Shown here one piece after another: positions 37,896 to 48,900 of a stretch of DNA of 64,000 nucleotides. The notes below the pieces were generated by a model that saw only the letters and a program-made list of their open reading frames with translations, was not told where the DNA came from and did no database searches. Origin of the DNA: an uncultured Acidobacteriaceae bacterium (lineage in GTDB: Bacteria; Acidobacteriota; Terriglobia; Terriglobales; Acidobacteriaceae); the NCBI GenBank assembly GCA_963786085.1, contig CAWAYO010000031.1, positions 1,465 through 65,464 of the forward strand, in the 5' to 3' direction. Both the position numbers and the translations under genes were made by a program. Position 1 is the first letter of the stretch. The number at the start of each line of letters is the position of its first letter.

Positions 37896-39350
37896 TTGGG
37901 CCCTGGAATTTCGCGACGGTCGTTCATCGGTTCAGGAGCCGCATTCGCAGGAGCAGCATGGTTCGATCGCCGGGCCAACGCTTCAGGTTTGGGCGTGCAG
38001 GACGCCGCGACGTCGTCGCCGATCACACTTGATGCGGAAATGCGCACGCTCGAGATTAACGGCAAGACTGCGAGTGTGATGGGGCTGCGGCAGCAGGGTG
38101 GAGATCAAGGTCTCTCCATGCGAGTCAATCAGCCCTTTAACGTCACCCTGCAAAACAATCTGGCCGCTCCCACGGCGATTCACTGGCACGGCCTGCATCC
38201 GCCCAACGGTCAGGATGGAGTGCCCGGCTTAACCCAGCCGGTAATCAATCCGGGCGCAAGCGCGCACTATCACTTTCCCACGTTGCCATCGGGTACGCAC
38301 TGGATGCACTCGCACCAGGGACTGCAGGAGGCATTCCTGCTCGCTGCCCCGCTCATCGTCCACGACCCATCGGACGAACCGAAGGATGAGCAGCAGGTCA
38401 TTCTTTTTTTCGGCGATTTCAGCTTCACTCCTCCGCCTGAGATTTATGCCAGACTGCGCAAGCCTTCCGCGTCAGCGATGGCAATGAGCGAAAAGACCGT
38501 AGTGGGAAAGATGTCGATGGGCAAGCCGGACGTCAACGACGTTGACTATGACGCCTACCTGGTTAACGACCGAACACTTGCCGACCCGCAGGTGATCCGA
38601 GTTGAAAAGGGCGCGCGACTACGTCTGCGCATCATCAATGGCAGCTCGGGGACAAATTACTTCATCAATCTTGGCGACCTGAAGGGTGAACTGATTGCCA
38701 CAGATGGCATGCCAGTCGAGCCGGTGAGTGGTTCGGTCTTTCCGCTCGCGATTGCGCAGCGCATCGACGTGAGAGTTCGGATTACGCAGGACGGAGCATT
38801 TCCGATCTTTGGATTGCGCGAAGGCTCTGCGGAGCAGACTGGAGTAATTCTTGCTACCAAGTCGGCGTCGGTGACCAAGTTGTCTCCGAAGAGGCCAGGC
38901 TCTGCAGGATTGCTGACTCTTGATACGGAAAGCCGGCTGGTGGCTGCTGCGCCGCTTGTGCCCAAGCCGATTGATCGAAGCTTCGATCTCCGCTTGACGG
39001 GGAACATGGCGACGTATGAGTGGTCGATCAACGGTGCTGTCTTCGATGCGAAAAACCCCGGCGGTCAACCAGCCCAGGTCCACGTAAAGAAGGGCCAGCG
39101 CGTCGCGTTAAAATTCATCAATGAAACGGGAATGTCTCACCCCATGCACCTGCACGGGCATTCTTTCCAGGTGATCGAGATCGGCGGCAGGCAGATCAAC
39201 GGAGCACTCCGCGATACTGTGCTCGTGACTCCGAAGACAAGCGTGACGGTCGTATTCGACGCGAATAATCCTGGCATTTGGTACGTACATTGCCACGTGT
39301 TGTGGCATTTGGCCGCAGGCATGGCAACGCTGGTGAAGTACGAAACCTAA
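37896..39350 (+). CDS. Tat-exported multicopper oxidase (laccase/CueO-like)
   Basis: AGGAGG RBS and TTG start; SRRSFI; HWHG, WMHSH, HPMHLHGH, HCHVLWHLAAGM. Confidence 0.93.
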   Translation: MGPGISRRSFIGSGAAFAGAAWFDRRANASGLGVQDAATSSPITLDAEMRTLEINGKTASVMGLRQQGGDQGLSMRVNQPFNVTLQNNLAAPTAIHWHGLHPPNGQDGVPGLTQPVINPGASAHYHFPTLPSGTHWMHSHQGLQEAFLLAAPLIVHDPSDEPKDEQQVILFFGDFSFTPPPEIYARLRKPSASAMAMSEKTVVGKMSMGKPDVNDVDYDAYLVNDRTLADPQVIRVEKGARLRLRIINGSSGTNYFINLGDLKGELIATDGMPVEPVSGSVFPLAIAQRIDVRVRITQDGAFPIFGLREGSAEQTGVILATKSASVTKLSPKRPGSAGLLTLDTESRLVAAAPLVPKPIDRSFDLRLTGNMATYEWSINGAVFDAKNPGGQPAQVHVKKGQRVALKFINETGMSHPMHLHGHSFQVIEIGGRQINGALRDTVLVTPKTSVTVVFDANNPGIWYVHCHVLWHLAAGMATLVKYET

Positions 39351-39391
39351 CGAATTCAGAACCAAGTATGACTGAGGACGAGCGGGTTGCG

Positions 39392-39985
39392 TCAGGCCGC
39401 CGGCCTTCGAGGGTTACGCGCAGAACGCGCACGGAATGCCGCAACTTTGGCCCGGTTTCCGCACGCGCTCGCGCTGCACCATCTCCGGCGATGCGCCTTC
39501 GTCCGGTCGTAGAACCACAAGACGCACGTGCCCCCCTCGCAATGTCGAATGAGCTCAAAATCTCCATTCGCCAGCAGATCCGCCACAGATTCTGCGATTG
39601 GGGAGAGAAATTCCTCAACACCTTGTCCGCTGTAAACCTTCTCGATCTCAATCCTCGATTTGCGTCGCACCAGTAGCGGGTGACTGGTCGAGTGTTCGAG
39701 AAATGAGTTCAGCTCGTCGAGTGAAGAACGTTTGCCCGCCTTCCTGGCCTCGACCGCCTTCAACGCAATCTCTCTCAACTGGCGCGCCTTCTCGACAAGC
39801 GCCCCTCGCGGCCAGCCGGCAGCTTTCGGCGAGGAAGACACTCCTGCCCGGTGCAGCCAGTTCATCACATCTTCATCTGTCTGAAATACTTCGAATGGCT
39901 CCACGGCTCGCAGCGTGTTGATGAAATTAATCGCCAGATGATCGCCGATGAAGTCTAATTTGTGGTTAGCGGGCCCGGAATGCAT
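39392..39985 (-). CDS. ABATE/CGNR zinc-finger protein (putative regulator)
   Basis: LAINFINT; C..G.C...FYDRTKAHRRRWCSASACGNRAKV. Confidence 0.92.
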   Translation of the reverse strand: MHSGPANHKLDFIGDHLAINFINTLRAVEPFEVFQTDEDVMNWLHRAGVSSSPKAAGWPRGALVEKARQLREIALKAVEARKAGKRSSLDELNSFLEHSTSHPLLVRRKSRIEIEKVYSGQGVEEFLSPIAESVADLLANGDFELIRHCEGGTCVLWFYDRTKAHRRRWCSASACGNRAKVAAFRARSARNPRRPAA

Positions 39986-40068
39986 GTGTCTCCTTTCGCA
40001 ATAGTCAGTAATAGAAGAGGACGCACATCACAGCATTACTGATGGTATTTTTTTCTTCTCACTACTTA

Positions 40069-40145
40069 GTAACCTTTTACGAATCCATACACACGTTACC
40101 GGCATCTTTTCAGTGTAACCAGTTTAGCAATAAGTCATAGGTTAC
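40069..40145. promoter_or_regulatory. Two GTAAC-N21-GTTAC inverted repeats in the divergent intergenic region
   Basis: 40069-40099 and 40115-40145, identical 21-nt spacing. Confidence 0.65.
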
Positions 40146-40208
40146 ATGCGGGCCAAGTACGCAGGGCAAATTTTTCCGAGCTCTGCGAGAAACCAGCAGG
40201 AGCTAAGT

Positions 40209-40931
40209 ATGGCAAGCAAAAAGACAGTCATTGTGACCGGTGCTTCGCAAGGCATCGGAGCGGCCGTTGTCCAGGCCTTTCTCGATCGCGGCTATAACGT
40301 CGTCGCAACCTCGCGCAGCGTTTCCAAGGCGGGATTCGCGCCTTCTCCTAACCTCGCGCTCGTCGATGGAGACATTAGCCATGCGGCCACCGCCGAGAAG
40401 GTCGCGCAGACCGCGATCAGCAAGTTCGGCTCAATCGATCACGTCGTGAACAACGCCGGCATCTACGGGGCCAAGCCCTTCACCGATTACACCATCGATG
40501 ACTTTCGCAGTTTCGTCTCCATCAATCTCGAAGGCTTCATCTTTATCACTCAGCTGGCAGTCAAGCAGATGCTGTCTCAGGGCGCCGGCGGCAGCGTGAC
40601 TACAATTACAGCGGCTCTGGCCGATAATCCGATCGCGGGTGCTCCGTCGTCGATTCCAATGATCACCAAGGGCGGGTTGAACGCTGTCACTATCAGTCTC
40701 GCTAGCGAATATGCGAAAAATCACATTCGCTTCAACGCCGTCGCGCCTGGCGTCGTCGACACCCCCATGCACGAAGAAAACCCGAAGGATTTCCTGAAGA
40801 CTCTTTCCCCGATGGGCACGATTTCCGACTCGAAGGACGTGGCCGATGCTGTCGTTTATCTGACCGAAGCTCGTAATGTTACCGGGGAGGTGCTGCACGT
40901 GGACGGCGGTGCGCACTCAGGCCGGTGGTAA
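40209..40931 (+). CDS. Short-chain dehydrogenase/reductase
   Basis: TGASQGIG, NNAG, atypical PMITK catalytic region, NAVAPG, LHVDGG. Confidence 0.92.
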   Translation: MASKKTVIVTGASQGIGAAVVQAFLDRGYNVVATSRSVSKAGFAPSPNLALVDGDISHAATAEKVAQTAISKFGSIDHVVNNAGIYGAKPFTDYTIDDFRSFVSINLEGFIFITQLAVKQMLSQGAGGSVTTITAALADNPIAGAPSSIPMITKGGLNAVTISLASEYAKNHIRFNAVAPGVVDTPMHEENPKDFLKTLSPMGTISDSKDVADAVVYLTEARNVTGEVLHVDGGAHSGRW

Positions 40932-41474
40932 GCATTCAAGGTTCGCAGCCGGACAGCGCAGAGCGCCGGTTGCAGGGCCTCGGCATTCAGCTCCCGGCCC
41001 CTCCGACGCCGTTCGGCACCTACGTCGAGACAGTGCAGACAGGCAACCTGCTCTTCTTCAGCGGAATGCTGCCCGTCGTCGACCACAAGCCGAAGTACAT
41101 CGGCCGGGTCGGCAAGGAGCTCGACACCGAGGCCGGGTGCGACGCCGCTTACACCGCGGCTTTGGGCGTCCTCGCTGCGGCCAAACAACATCTGGGCTCA
41201 CTTGGACAGAGTCACTCGCGTCGTGCGCCTCGGAGTATTCATCGCAACCTCCGAAGACTACGTCGATCACCCCAAGGTCGCGGACGCTGTCTCGGATCTG
41301 TTCCGCGACATCTTCGGCATCGAGAAAACATCCGTGCGGGTCATCGTTGGCGCGGCCAGCCTTCCCCTCGGTGTGCCGATCGAACTTGACGTTATCTTCG
41401 AGGTCAGCGGACTAGGGAAGTCGCAGACTAGCAGATGCAGGCAGAGACTCAACAGGCTCTGCCTGGCGAGTTGA
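40925..41474 (+). CDS. RidA/YjgF family protein (frameshift near 41202)
   Basis: LPAPPTPFGTYV..VQTGNLLFFSG in one frame; DRVTRVVRLG..PKVADAVSDL..LPLGVPIELD in the next. Confidence 0.85.
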
Positions 41475-41490
41475 AAGGGAAGCGAAAGTA

Positions 41491-42632
41491 ATGATGCAAC
41501 AGCAGTCGAGTAGCTCTTCTTTGCCGTGGAACCAGACTCGCATTTCTTCAAGGCTGGGAATCGAGTATCCAATCATTCAAGGCCCTCTTGGAGGGCTTTC
41601 GACGCAGCGATTGACAGCGACGGTGTCGAATTTCGGCGGCCTCGGCTCCTTCGGAGCGCATGGGTTGAGACCTTCAGCTATTAAAGATGTGATCGCGGAG
41701 ATTCGCGCGCAGACTTCGAAACCGTTCGCGATCAATTTGTGGGTCTCGATGGAAGACGAAGGCGCGCGAACATCCGGCAGCGAAGCATTTGCGCGCAGCC
41801 TGGCGCCTCTCGCGGCACATATCCGGGCTTTCGGGGGCACACTCCCCGTATTCAAGCCTTATGCTCCGATCAAATTCGAAGACCAGGCGCGCGTTGTGCT
41901 CGATGCAAAGGTACCCGCCTTCAGCTTCATCTTCGGAGTTCCCCCGAAAGAGATCCTCGACGAATGCCGCGCGCAGGGAATCGTTATCATCGGAGCCGCA
42001 ACGACGCCCGACGAAGCTATCGCTCTTGAGCAGGCGGGAGTCGACGTCGTTGCCGCTTCGGGCTTCGAGGCAGGCGGTCACCGCGGCTCATTCCTGCGCC
42101 CCGCAGATGAGTCTCTCACCGGTACAATTCTCGCTCGTCCCGCAAGTTGCCGATGCGGTTTCGATCCCCGTGGTCGCTGCCGGTGGCATCTCCGATGCCC
42201 GCGGAATTGTCGCCGCGTTTGCTCTGGGAGCCGAGGGTGTTCAAATCGGCACGGCATTTCCTCGCCTGCGAAGAATCCGGCGCGAGCGCGGTTCATCGCA
42301 AAGCTATTCTCAGCGGTCATGCGCGCCGCACAGGATTGACACGCGGCTTTACGGGAAGACTGGCTCGCGGAATCGATAACCAGTTGCTCCAGGAATTCAA
42401 TCGCCCGGACGTCGAAATCCTGCCCTATCCTTTGCAGCGCATGCTCGTGAAGAATCTTGCTAGTCTTGCTGAAAAAGACGGCAACGCGGAGCTTCTTCAG
42501 CTCTGGGCAGGGCAAAGCGCCAACCTGTCCCGTCATAGCGACGCGAAGACGCTGCTGGAGATGTTGGTATCCGAGGTTTCGGCTATCGCCGGTCCTGTCC
42601 AGATGTGGAGCCGTGAACGGAGAGGGAAATAA
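41491..42632 (+). CDS. Nitronate monooxygenase family flavoprotein (two frameshifts, ~42130 and ~42260)
   Basis: [49 protein letters not shown]. Confidence 0.88.
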
Positions 42633-42642
42633 TCGCTCGAAG

Positions 42643-45303
42643 CTACTCGGCGCGGAGGGCGGTCATGGGATTGGCTCGCGTGGCTTTGAGTGCGGGTATA
42701 TAGCAGGCGAGGACGGCGATAGCGATCACCATGAGTCCCACTGAAGCAAAGGTCAGCGGGTCGGCGGGGCTGACGTTGTAGATCAGATTCTTGAGGACGC
42801 GCGCGAGGGTGAGTGCGAGAACGAGTCCGAGGGCGGTTCCGGCCAGGACGAGCTTTGCGGCCTGAGTGAGCACGAGACGGATGACGTCGAGTCGCTGAGC
42901 GCCGAGCGCAACGCGGAGGCCGAACTCGGAAGTTCGCTGGCTGACGGAGTAGGAGATGACTCCGTAGGTGCCGATGGCGGCGAGGATGATCGCGAGTCCG
43001 GCGAATAATCCCACCAGCACGAAGGCAAAGCGCGGAGTGGCAACGGAGCCGTAGACGATCTCGTCCATCCACTGCACGTCGGCGACGGCGAGCGCGGGAT
43101 CGAGGCGATGGACTTCGTTACGAATGGCGTCGGCGACGGTCTGCGGATCGGAGCTGGAACGGACGACAATCGACTCGCCCAGAAAGGCGAATGGCTGCTG
43201 GAGGCTGGATCACCAGAAAGCGGGCTCGGTTCCGGGGCTGCTGGGCTTATCTTTTATGTCGCCGACGACGCCTACGACGCGGAACCAGTCTTCCTCTTTG
43301 GGGTGGTCGTCCCAGGTGACGCGCTTGCCGACGGCGTCTTCGGTGCCCCAGTATTTCATGGCCATGGCGCGGTTGATGATGATGACGGTAGGCGCGCCGG
43401 TTTTGTCGGCCGCGGTGAAGAAGCGTCCGTGAAGGAGGGGAATGCCAAGGGCGCGGAAGTAGTCGGGCGAAGCCACGTGATAACGGGCGTGGAACTCGTC
43501 TCCGGGCGCGGGTTGCTTGCCCTCGATGTTGAGGCTGGTGTTCTCGTCGTATCCGGTCCAAGGGAGATCGCTGCCAGCGCCGGCCGATTCGACGCCGGGA
43601 ATGGACGAGAGATTTGTGGTGAGCGTGTCGTAGAAATGCTCGACCTGTTGGGTGGACTTGTATTCCGGATAGGGCAGCGAGACAGTGGCGGTGAGGACGT
43701 GGTCTTCGCGGAATCCGGGATCGAGATGCACGAGGTTCAGCAGGCTGCGCAGCATGAGGCCGGCGCCAATGAGGAGCACGCAGGCCAGGGTGACTTCGGA
43801 AACGACGAGCGCGTTACGAAGACGGCTGAGGCCTCCGCTGGCGGTGGTGAATCGGCCACCTTCATGCAGGCCGCGTCGCGGATCGGTGCGCGAGGCCTGG
43901 ATGGCGGGGATGAGTCCGAAGAGAATGCCTGTGGCCGCGCTGACGATGAGCGTAAAGGCGAAGACGGGTGCACTGACGTGGATCTCATGCACGCGGGGGA
44001 AATCGGAGGGGAGCAGGGCGATCAGCGCCTTTACGCCGGCTGCGGCCAGGATGAGGCCGACGGCGCCCCCGACGAAGGCGATGAGGATGCTCTCGGTGAG
44101 CAGTTGGCGAATGAGGCGGCGCCGGGAGGCGCCAAGGGCGAGGCGCACGGCGATTTCCCGCTGCCGCGACGCGGCTCTGGCCAGCAAAAGATTGGCGGCG
44201 TTGGCGCAGGCGATGAGGAGCACCATGCCGACGGCTCCGAGGAGGACGAGGAGCATGCGCTGGCTTGAGCCGACGACCTCGCGATAGAGGGGAATGATGA
44301 GGACGCGCCAGCGAGCGTCGTTGGCGTATTCGTGGCCGAGCTCGGCCATGATGGCGTTCAATTCGGACTGAGCCTCCTCGGGGGTTACGCCATCTTTGAG
44401 GCGCGCGATGCCTTCGGTGTAATGCGATCCGCGTCGGGTGGGATCCCCGTCGAAGGTGAAGGGCGACCACAGGTCGATTTCGTCTCCGTAGGCCAGAGAG
44501 TGGTATTCGTTGCCGGGATGCTCGGTGCCCGGAGGCATGACTCCGACGACTGTGAAGGGCTTCGCGTCGAGTGTGATTTTCTTTCCGACGATGGCAGAGT
44601 CAGCGCCGAAGCGAGATCGCCAGAGGCGGTCGCTAAGGATGACCTGTTGTCCGTTGCCGGGCAACTCGGCGTTGCGGTCGAGCTCGCGGCCCAGCTGTGG
44701 ATGCAGGCCGAGAACACGGAAGAAGCCGGAGGTGACCTTGAATCCGTAGAGGCGGACGGGTTCTGCGGAGTTTCCGGAGAGCTGCATATCTCCACGGGTG
44801 AAGATGGCCATGGAGTCGAAGGACCTGCTGCGGGCACGGTAGTCGCGAAAGTCGAAGTGGTTCAGGGGAAATCGAGGATAGGTGGGGTTGGTAAGGAAAA
44901 TACGGACGATCTTTTCAGGCTGAGGGTAGGAAAGTGATTTGAGCAGAACGCTGGAAATGACGCTGAAGATGGCGCTGTTGGCTCCGATGCTCAGGGCCAG
45001 TGTGAGAACGATGACGACGGCGAATCCGGGATTGCTGGCAAGCTGGCGGAATGCGTAGCGGAGATCTTGAAGGGAAGTTTCGACGAAGCCGGTGCCGTGA
45101 GCTTCGCGGCAGTCTTCCTTGATCTGCTCGTGACCGCCGAAGGCGAGCCGGGCGTGGCGCAGGGCCTCTTCGCGGGTCGCGCCCTGACGCATGTACTTGT
45201 CCACCTCACTGTCGAAGTGAAAACGCAGCTCTTCGTTCAGGTCGGATTCGACGGCGGCGCTGCGAAAGAGGGCACGCAGGCGATAAAGCAGGTCGTTGAG
45301 CAT
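42643..45303 (-). CDS. Third ADOP-type ABC permease (frameshifts near 43100-43210)
   Basis: EELRFH, LALSIGANSAIFS, LLIACANAANLLLAR; C-terminal piece EFGLRVALGA..NPMTALRAE. Confidence 0.9.
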
Positions 45304-45311
45304 AATGAGCC

Positions 45312-45638
45312 TCAGGCATTTTCGAGAATTTGAGCGACGGCAGCGGTGAGTTTCTGCCAGCTGTCGGTTTCGACTTCGAGCTGTTTGCGCCCGGCGCGGG
45401 TAAGGTCGTAGTACCTGGCGCGTCGATTGTTATCTGAGGTGCCCCAGCGGGCCTTGATCCAGCCGCGGCGCTCTAGGCGGTGCAGGGCGGGATACAAGGA
45501 GCCTTGCTGGATGCGGAGCACGTCGCTTGATAGCTGCTGCACGCGTTCAGAGATGGCCCAGCCATGCTGTGGCCCGACGGAGAGTGTTCTGAGGATGAGG
45601 AGGTCAAGTGTGCCCTGCGGAAGGTCGATGGGTGGCAA
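45312..45638 (-). CDS. PadR-family regulator, acidobacterial type
   Basis: [40 protein letters not shown]. Confidence 0.92.
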   Translation of the reverse strand: MPPIDLPQGTLDLLILRTLSVGPQHGWAISERVQQLSSDVLRIQQGSLYPALHRLERRGWIKARWGTSDNNRRARYYDLTRAGRKQLEVETDSWQKLTAAVAQILENA

Positions 45639-45642
45639 TGGA

Positions 45643-45698
45643 TTCCCCTTGTGCTTCTACAGGAGTGATACGCCAACTCCTGTAGAAGTGCAAGGGAA
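45643..45698 (-). promoter_or_regulatory. Long inverted repeat over the padR2 promoter and RBS
   Basis: TTCCCCTTGTGCTTCTACAGGAGT-GATACGCCA-ACTCCTGTAGAAGTGCAAGGGAA. Confidence 0.7.
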
Positions 45699-45946
45699 GA
45701 TTTGTGCATAGCCCGTGACCGGTTGCGGCGGAACGGTTACCGGAGCAGAGACCACACACGTTTGTCACTGAATCCCAGAGTCTTGTCACGGCGATGCGAA
45801 GGTTCACGACTTTGGCGGGGATAACGCAGGCAAATGGAGTGAGACTCTATCAACCGAGAGCACGCCGACGAGTCCGGAGTTCTTCCGCAGACTCGTTGAA
45901 AAGACTTTTATAACGCTGCTCTCGCGACGTTTTTTGGAGGCGGCAT

Positions 45947-48900
45947 ATGCGTTTGTTCCCTCGCCTGGCGGCGTTGGCCGGATTTCTTCTTTGCTCCATC
46001 GTGGCAATGGGGCAGATCTCGTTCACATCGGTTCGCGGAACTATCACCGATCCTTCAGGTGCGATTGTGCCCGGGGCGAAGGTGGTGCTGGCTAATGTTG
46101 CGAACGGACAGACTACGTCGCAATTCGCGAACGAGCAGGGCGAATATCGATTTCCGCAACTGGCGCCGGGCACGTACCTGATTACGGTATCGAGCAGCGG
46201 CTTTGGTACAGAGAACAAGAAGGCGGAGCTCCTGGTGGATCAGCCGGCAACAGTAAACTTCAGCCTGACGATTCAGTCTTCGACTGTTACGGTGGACGTA
46301 AGCGCGCAAGCGCAGACACTGAACGACGCCGATGCGACGATCGGCAACGCGCTGAACAACGCGACAATTGCGGCGCTGCCCAGCGAAGGTCGGAACGTGC
46401 CTGATCTACTGAGTGTTCAGCCCGGTGTGTTGTACCTGGGACGGGGCGCGGATAAGCAGAGCGACAGCCGGACGGGGTCGGTGGCCGGCGCGCGGTCCGA
46501 TCAGACGAATGTGACGCTGGACGGGCTGGATGACAATGACCAGACACAGGGCTATGCGTTCACCGGTGTGCTGAGGTCCACGCTCGATTCGGTGGAAGAG
46601 TTTCGCGTGACGACAACCAACGCGAATGCGGATGAGGGCCGTTCGTCGGGCGGTCAGGTGAGCATGGTGACCAAGTCGGGTACGAACCAGTTCCACGGGT
46701 CCGTGTATGAATACAACCGCAATACGTTCACGGTGGCGAATGACTGGTTCAACAAGCAGGCGCAGGAATCGCAGGGCTTGCCGAATATTCCGGGCAAGCT
46801 GATACGGAATACGTTTGGCGGATCGCTGGGCGGTCCGGTCAAGAAGAACAAGCTGTTCTTCTTTGGAAACTATGAGGGCCAGAGGACGGCGGAGAACCGG
46901 CAAGTGACGCGCACAGTGCCGACGGCGTCGTTTCAGCAGGGCTTGATCACTTATCTGAACAACGGCAATGTCGTCACGCTCAACCAGGCGCAGATTGCGG
47001 CGATGGATCCCAACTGCGGAGGGAATGGCACGTGCCCGTGGGGAGCCGGCGTGGATCCGAACATGTTGGCGCTGCTTAATCAGTATCCTGCGGCGAATGG
47101 ATCGGCGCTGGGAGACGGTGTGAATCTTGGGTCGTATACGTTTTCGTCGCCTTATCCGGGGTCGCTGAATACTTCGATTGCGAAGCTGGATTTCACTCCG
47201 AACGACAGGCACCATCTGTTTATTCGCGGCAACCTGCAGAAGGACACGCAGCTGAATGTCGTTCAGTTTCCGGGGCAGGCTCCGAGCTATTCGTATGTAG
47301 ACAACAGCAAGGGGCTGGCGGCCGGAGATACGTTTACGATCTCGCCTGCGATCGTGAACGACTTTCGCTATGGATATATCCGGCAGGGATATTCGAATCG
47401 CGGCATCGGGCAGGGGAACTACACGGTGCTCCGGTTCCTGGACCAGCCGACGCCGGAGTCGCGAACTTCGGTGATCAATGTGCCGGTAAACAACTTCATC
47501 GATAACTTCACCATGACGAAGGGCAGGCACACCTTTTCTGCAGGCGTGAATTGGAGGATTGTTCACAACAACCGGAGCTCCGATGTGCTCTCCTACAGCG
47601 CGGGCAATACCAATGAGTACTGGCTGGTGAATGGAGGTGCGATTGCGGGGCAGAGCGTGCCTGGAAGTCCGCAGAGCCTGGACCCGGGCGGGTTCGGGTT
47701 TCCGGGCGTGGATGGTGGATTTGCCAATTCCTATAACATCGCCATCGGGTTGTTGACGGGACTGGTTCCGCAGACGACGGGCAGCTACAACTACCAGGTC
47801 TCGAAAGATGGCCAGACGGGAACGCTGCTGCCGCAGGGTGCGTTTCTTGACCGGCACTTCAAGGCGAATGAGTTGGAGTACTACGTGCAGGACGCGTGGC
47901 ACGTTTTTCCCAAGCTGACGGTTACGGTTGGCTTGCGGTATACGTTGCTGCAGACTCCGTTTGAAGAGAATGGCCAGCAGCTGGCGCCGACGATAAATGT
48001 TCATGACTGGTTCGAGACGCGCGCTGCGAAGGCGGCGCAGGGCGTCACGGATCAGCCGGACCTTTACTTTGCTCCGTCGGGTCAGTCGCGTGGGCTGAAG
48101 CCGTACTGGCCTGCGCAGCATCTGAATTTCGCGCCCCGGTTCGCCTTCGCGTACGCGGCAAACCCGAAGACCTCGATTCGCGGAGGGTTTGGACTGTACT
48201 TTGACCACTTCGGCGAAGGTGTTGTGGACTCGTTCGACCAACTTGGGTCTTTCGGGCTTACGACCGCCGTGTCGAATCCGGCGAACACGTACAACGTGGA
48301 CAATTCGCCACGGTTCACGGGCGTGCACGATCTCCCACCGAATGCATGCGCTCAGCCGCGGACGATTACGTATCCATATCTGGCGCCGAACACGGCGGAT
48401 TGCGGCTTTGCGATTACATGGGGCATTGATGACCGGCTGAAGACGCCTTATTCGGAGGTGGTGGACTTTTCGGTGCAGCGCCAGTTGCCGGGAGGGTTTT
48501 TGCTGGAGGCAGACTATGTGGGCAGGTTCGGACGGCACCTGCTGCAGCAACTTGACCTGGCGGAGCCGCTTGATCTCGCCGATCCGAAGTCGGGAACGGA
48601 TTATTTTGCGGCCGGAACGATGCTTTCGAAGCTGGTGGATATCAATGGCGGAAATCCCGATGCGCATGTTCCGGAGATTCCGTACTTCGAGGATCTGTTT
48701 CCAGATGCGGCAGGCGGCGGTCTGAGCGCGACGCAGAACATCTATACGCAGGTCTGGGCTGCGAACCGGGGGAATGAGACCGGCGCGCTTTACGACATGG
48801 ATGTGGGTTGCTTCCCGGGTTGCGGAGGTCAGACGGGGCGCTATTACCAGGATCAATTCTCGTCGCTCTTTGCGTGGTCGTCGATCGGTTCGAGCAGCTA

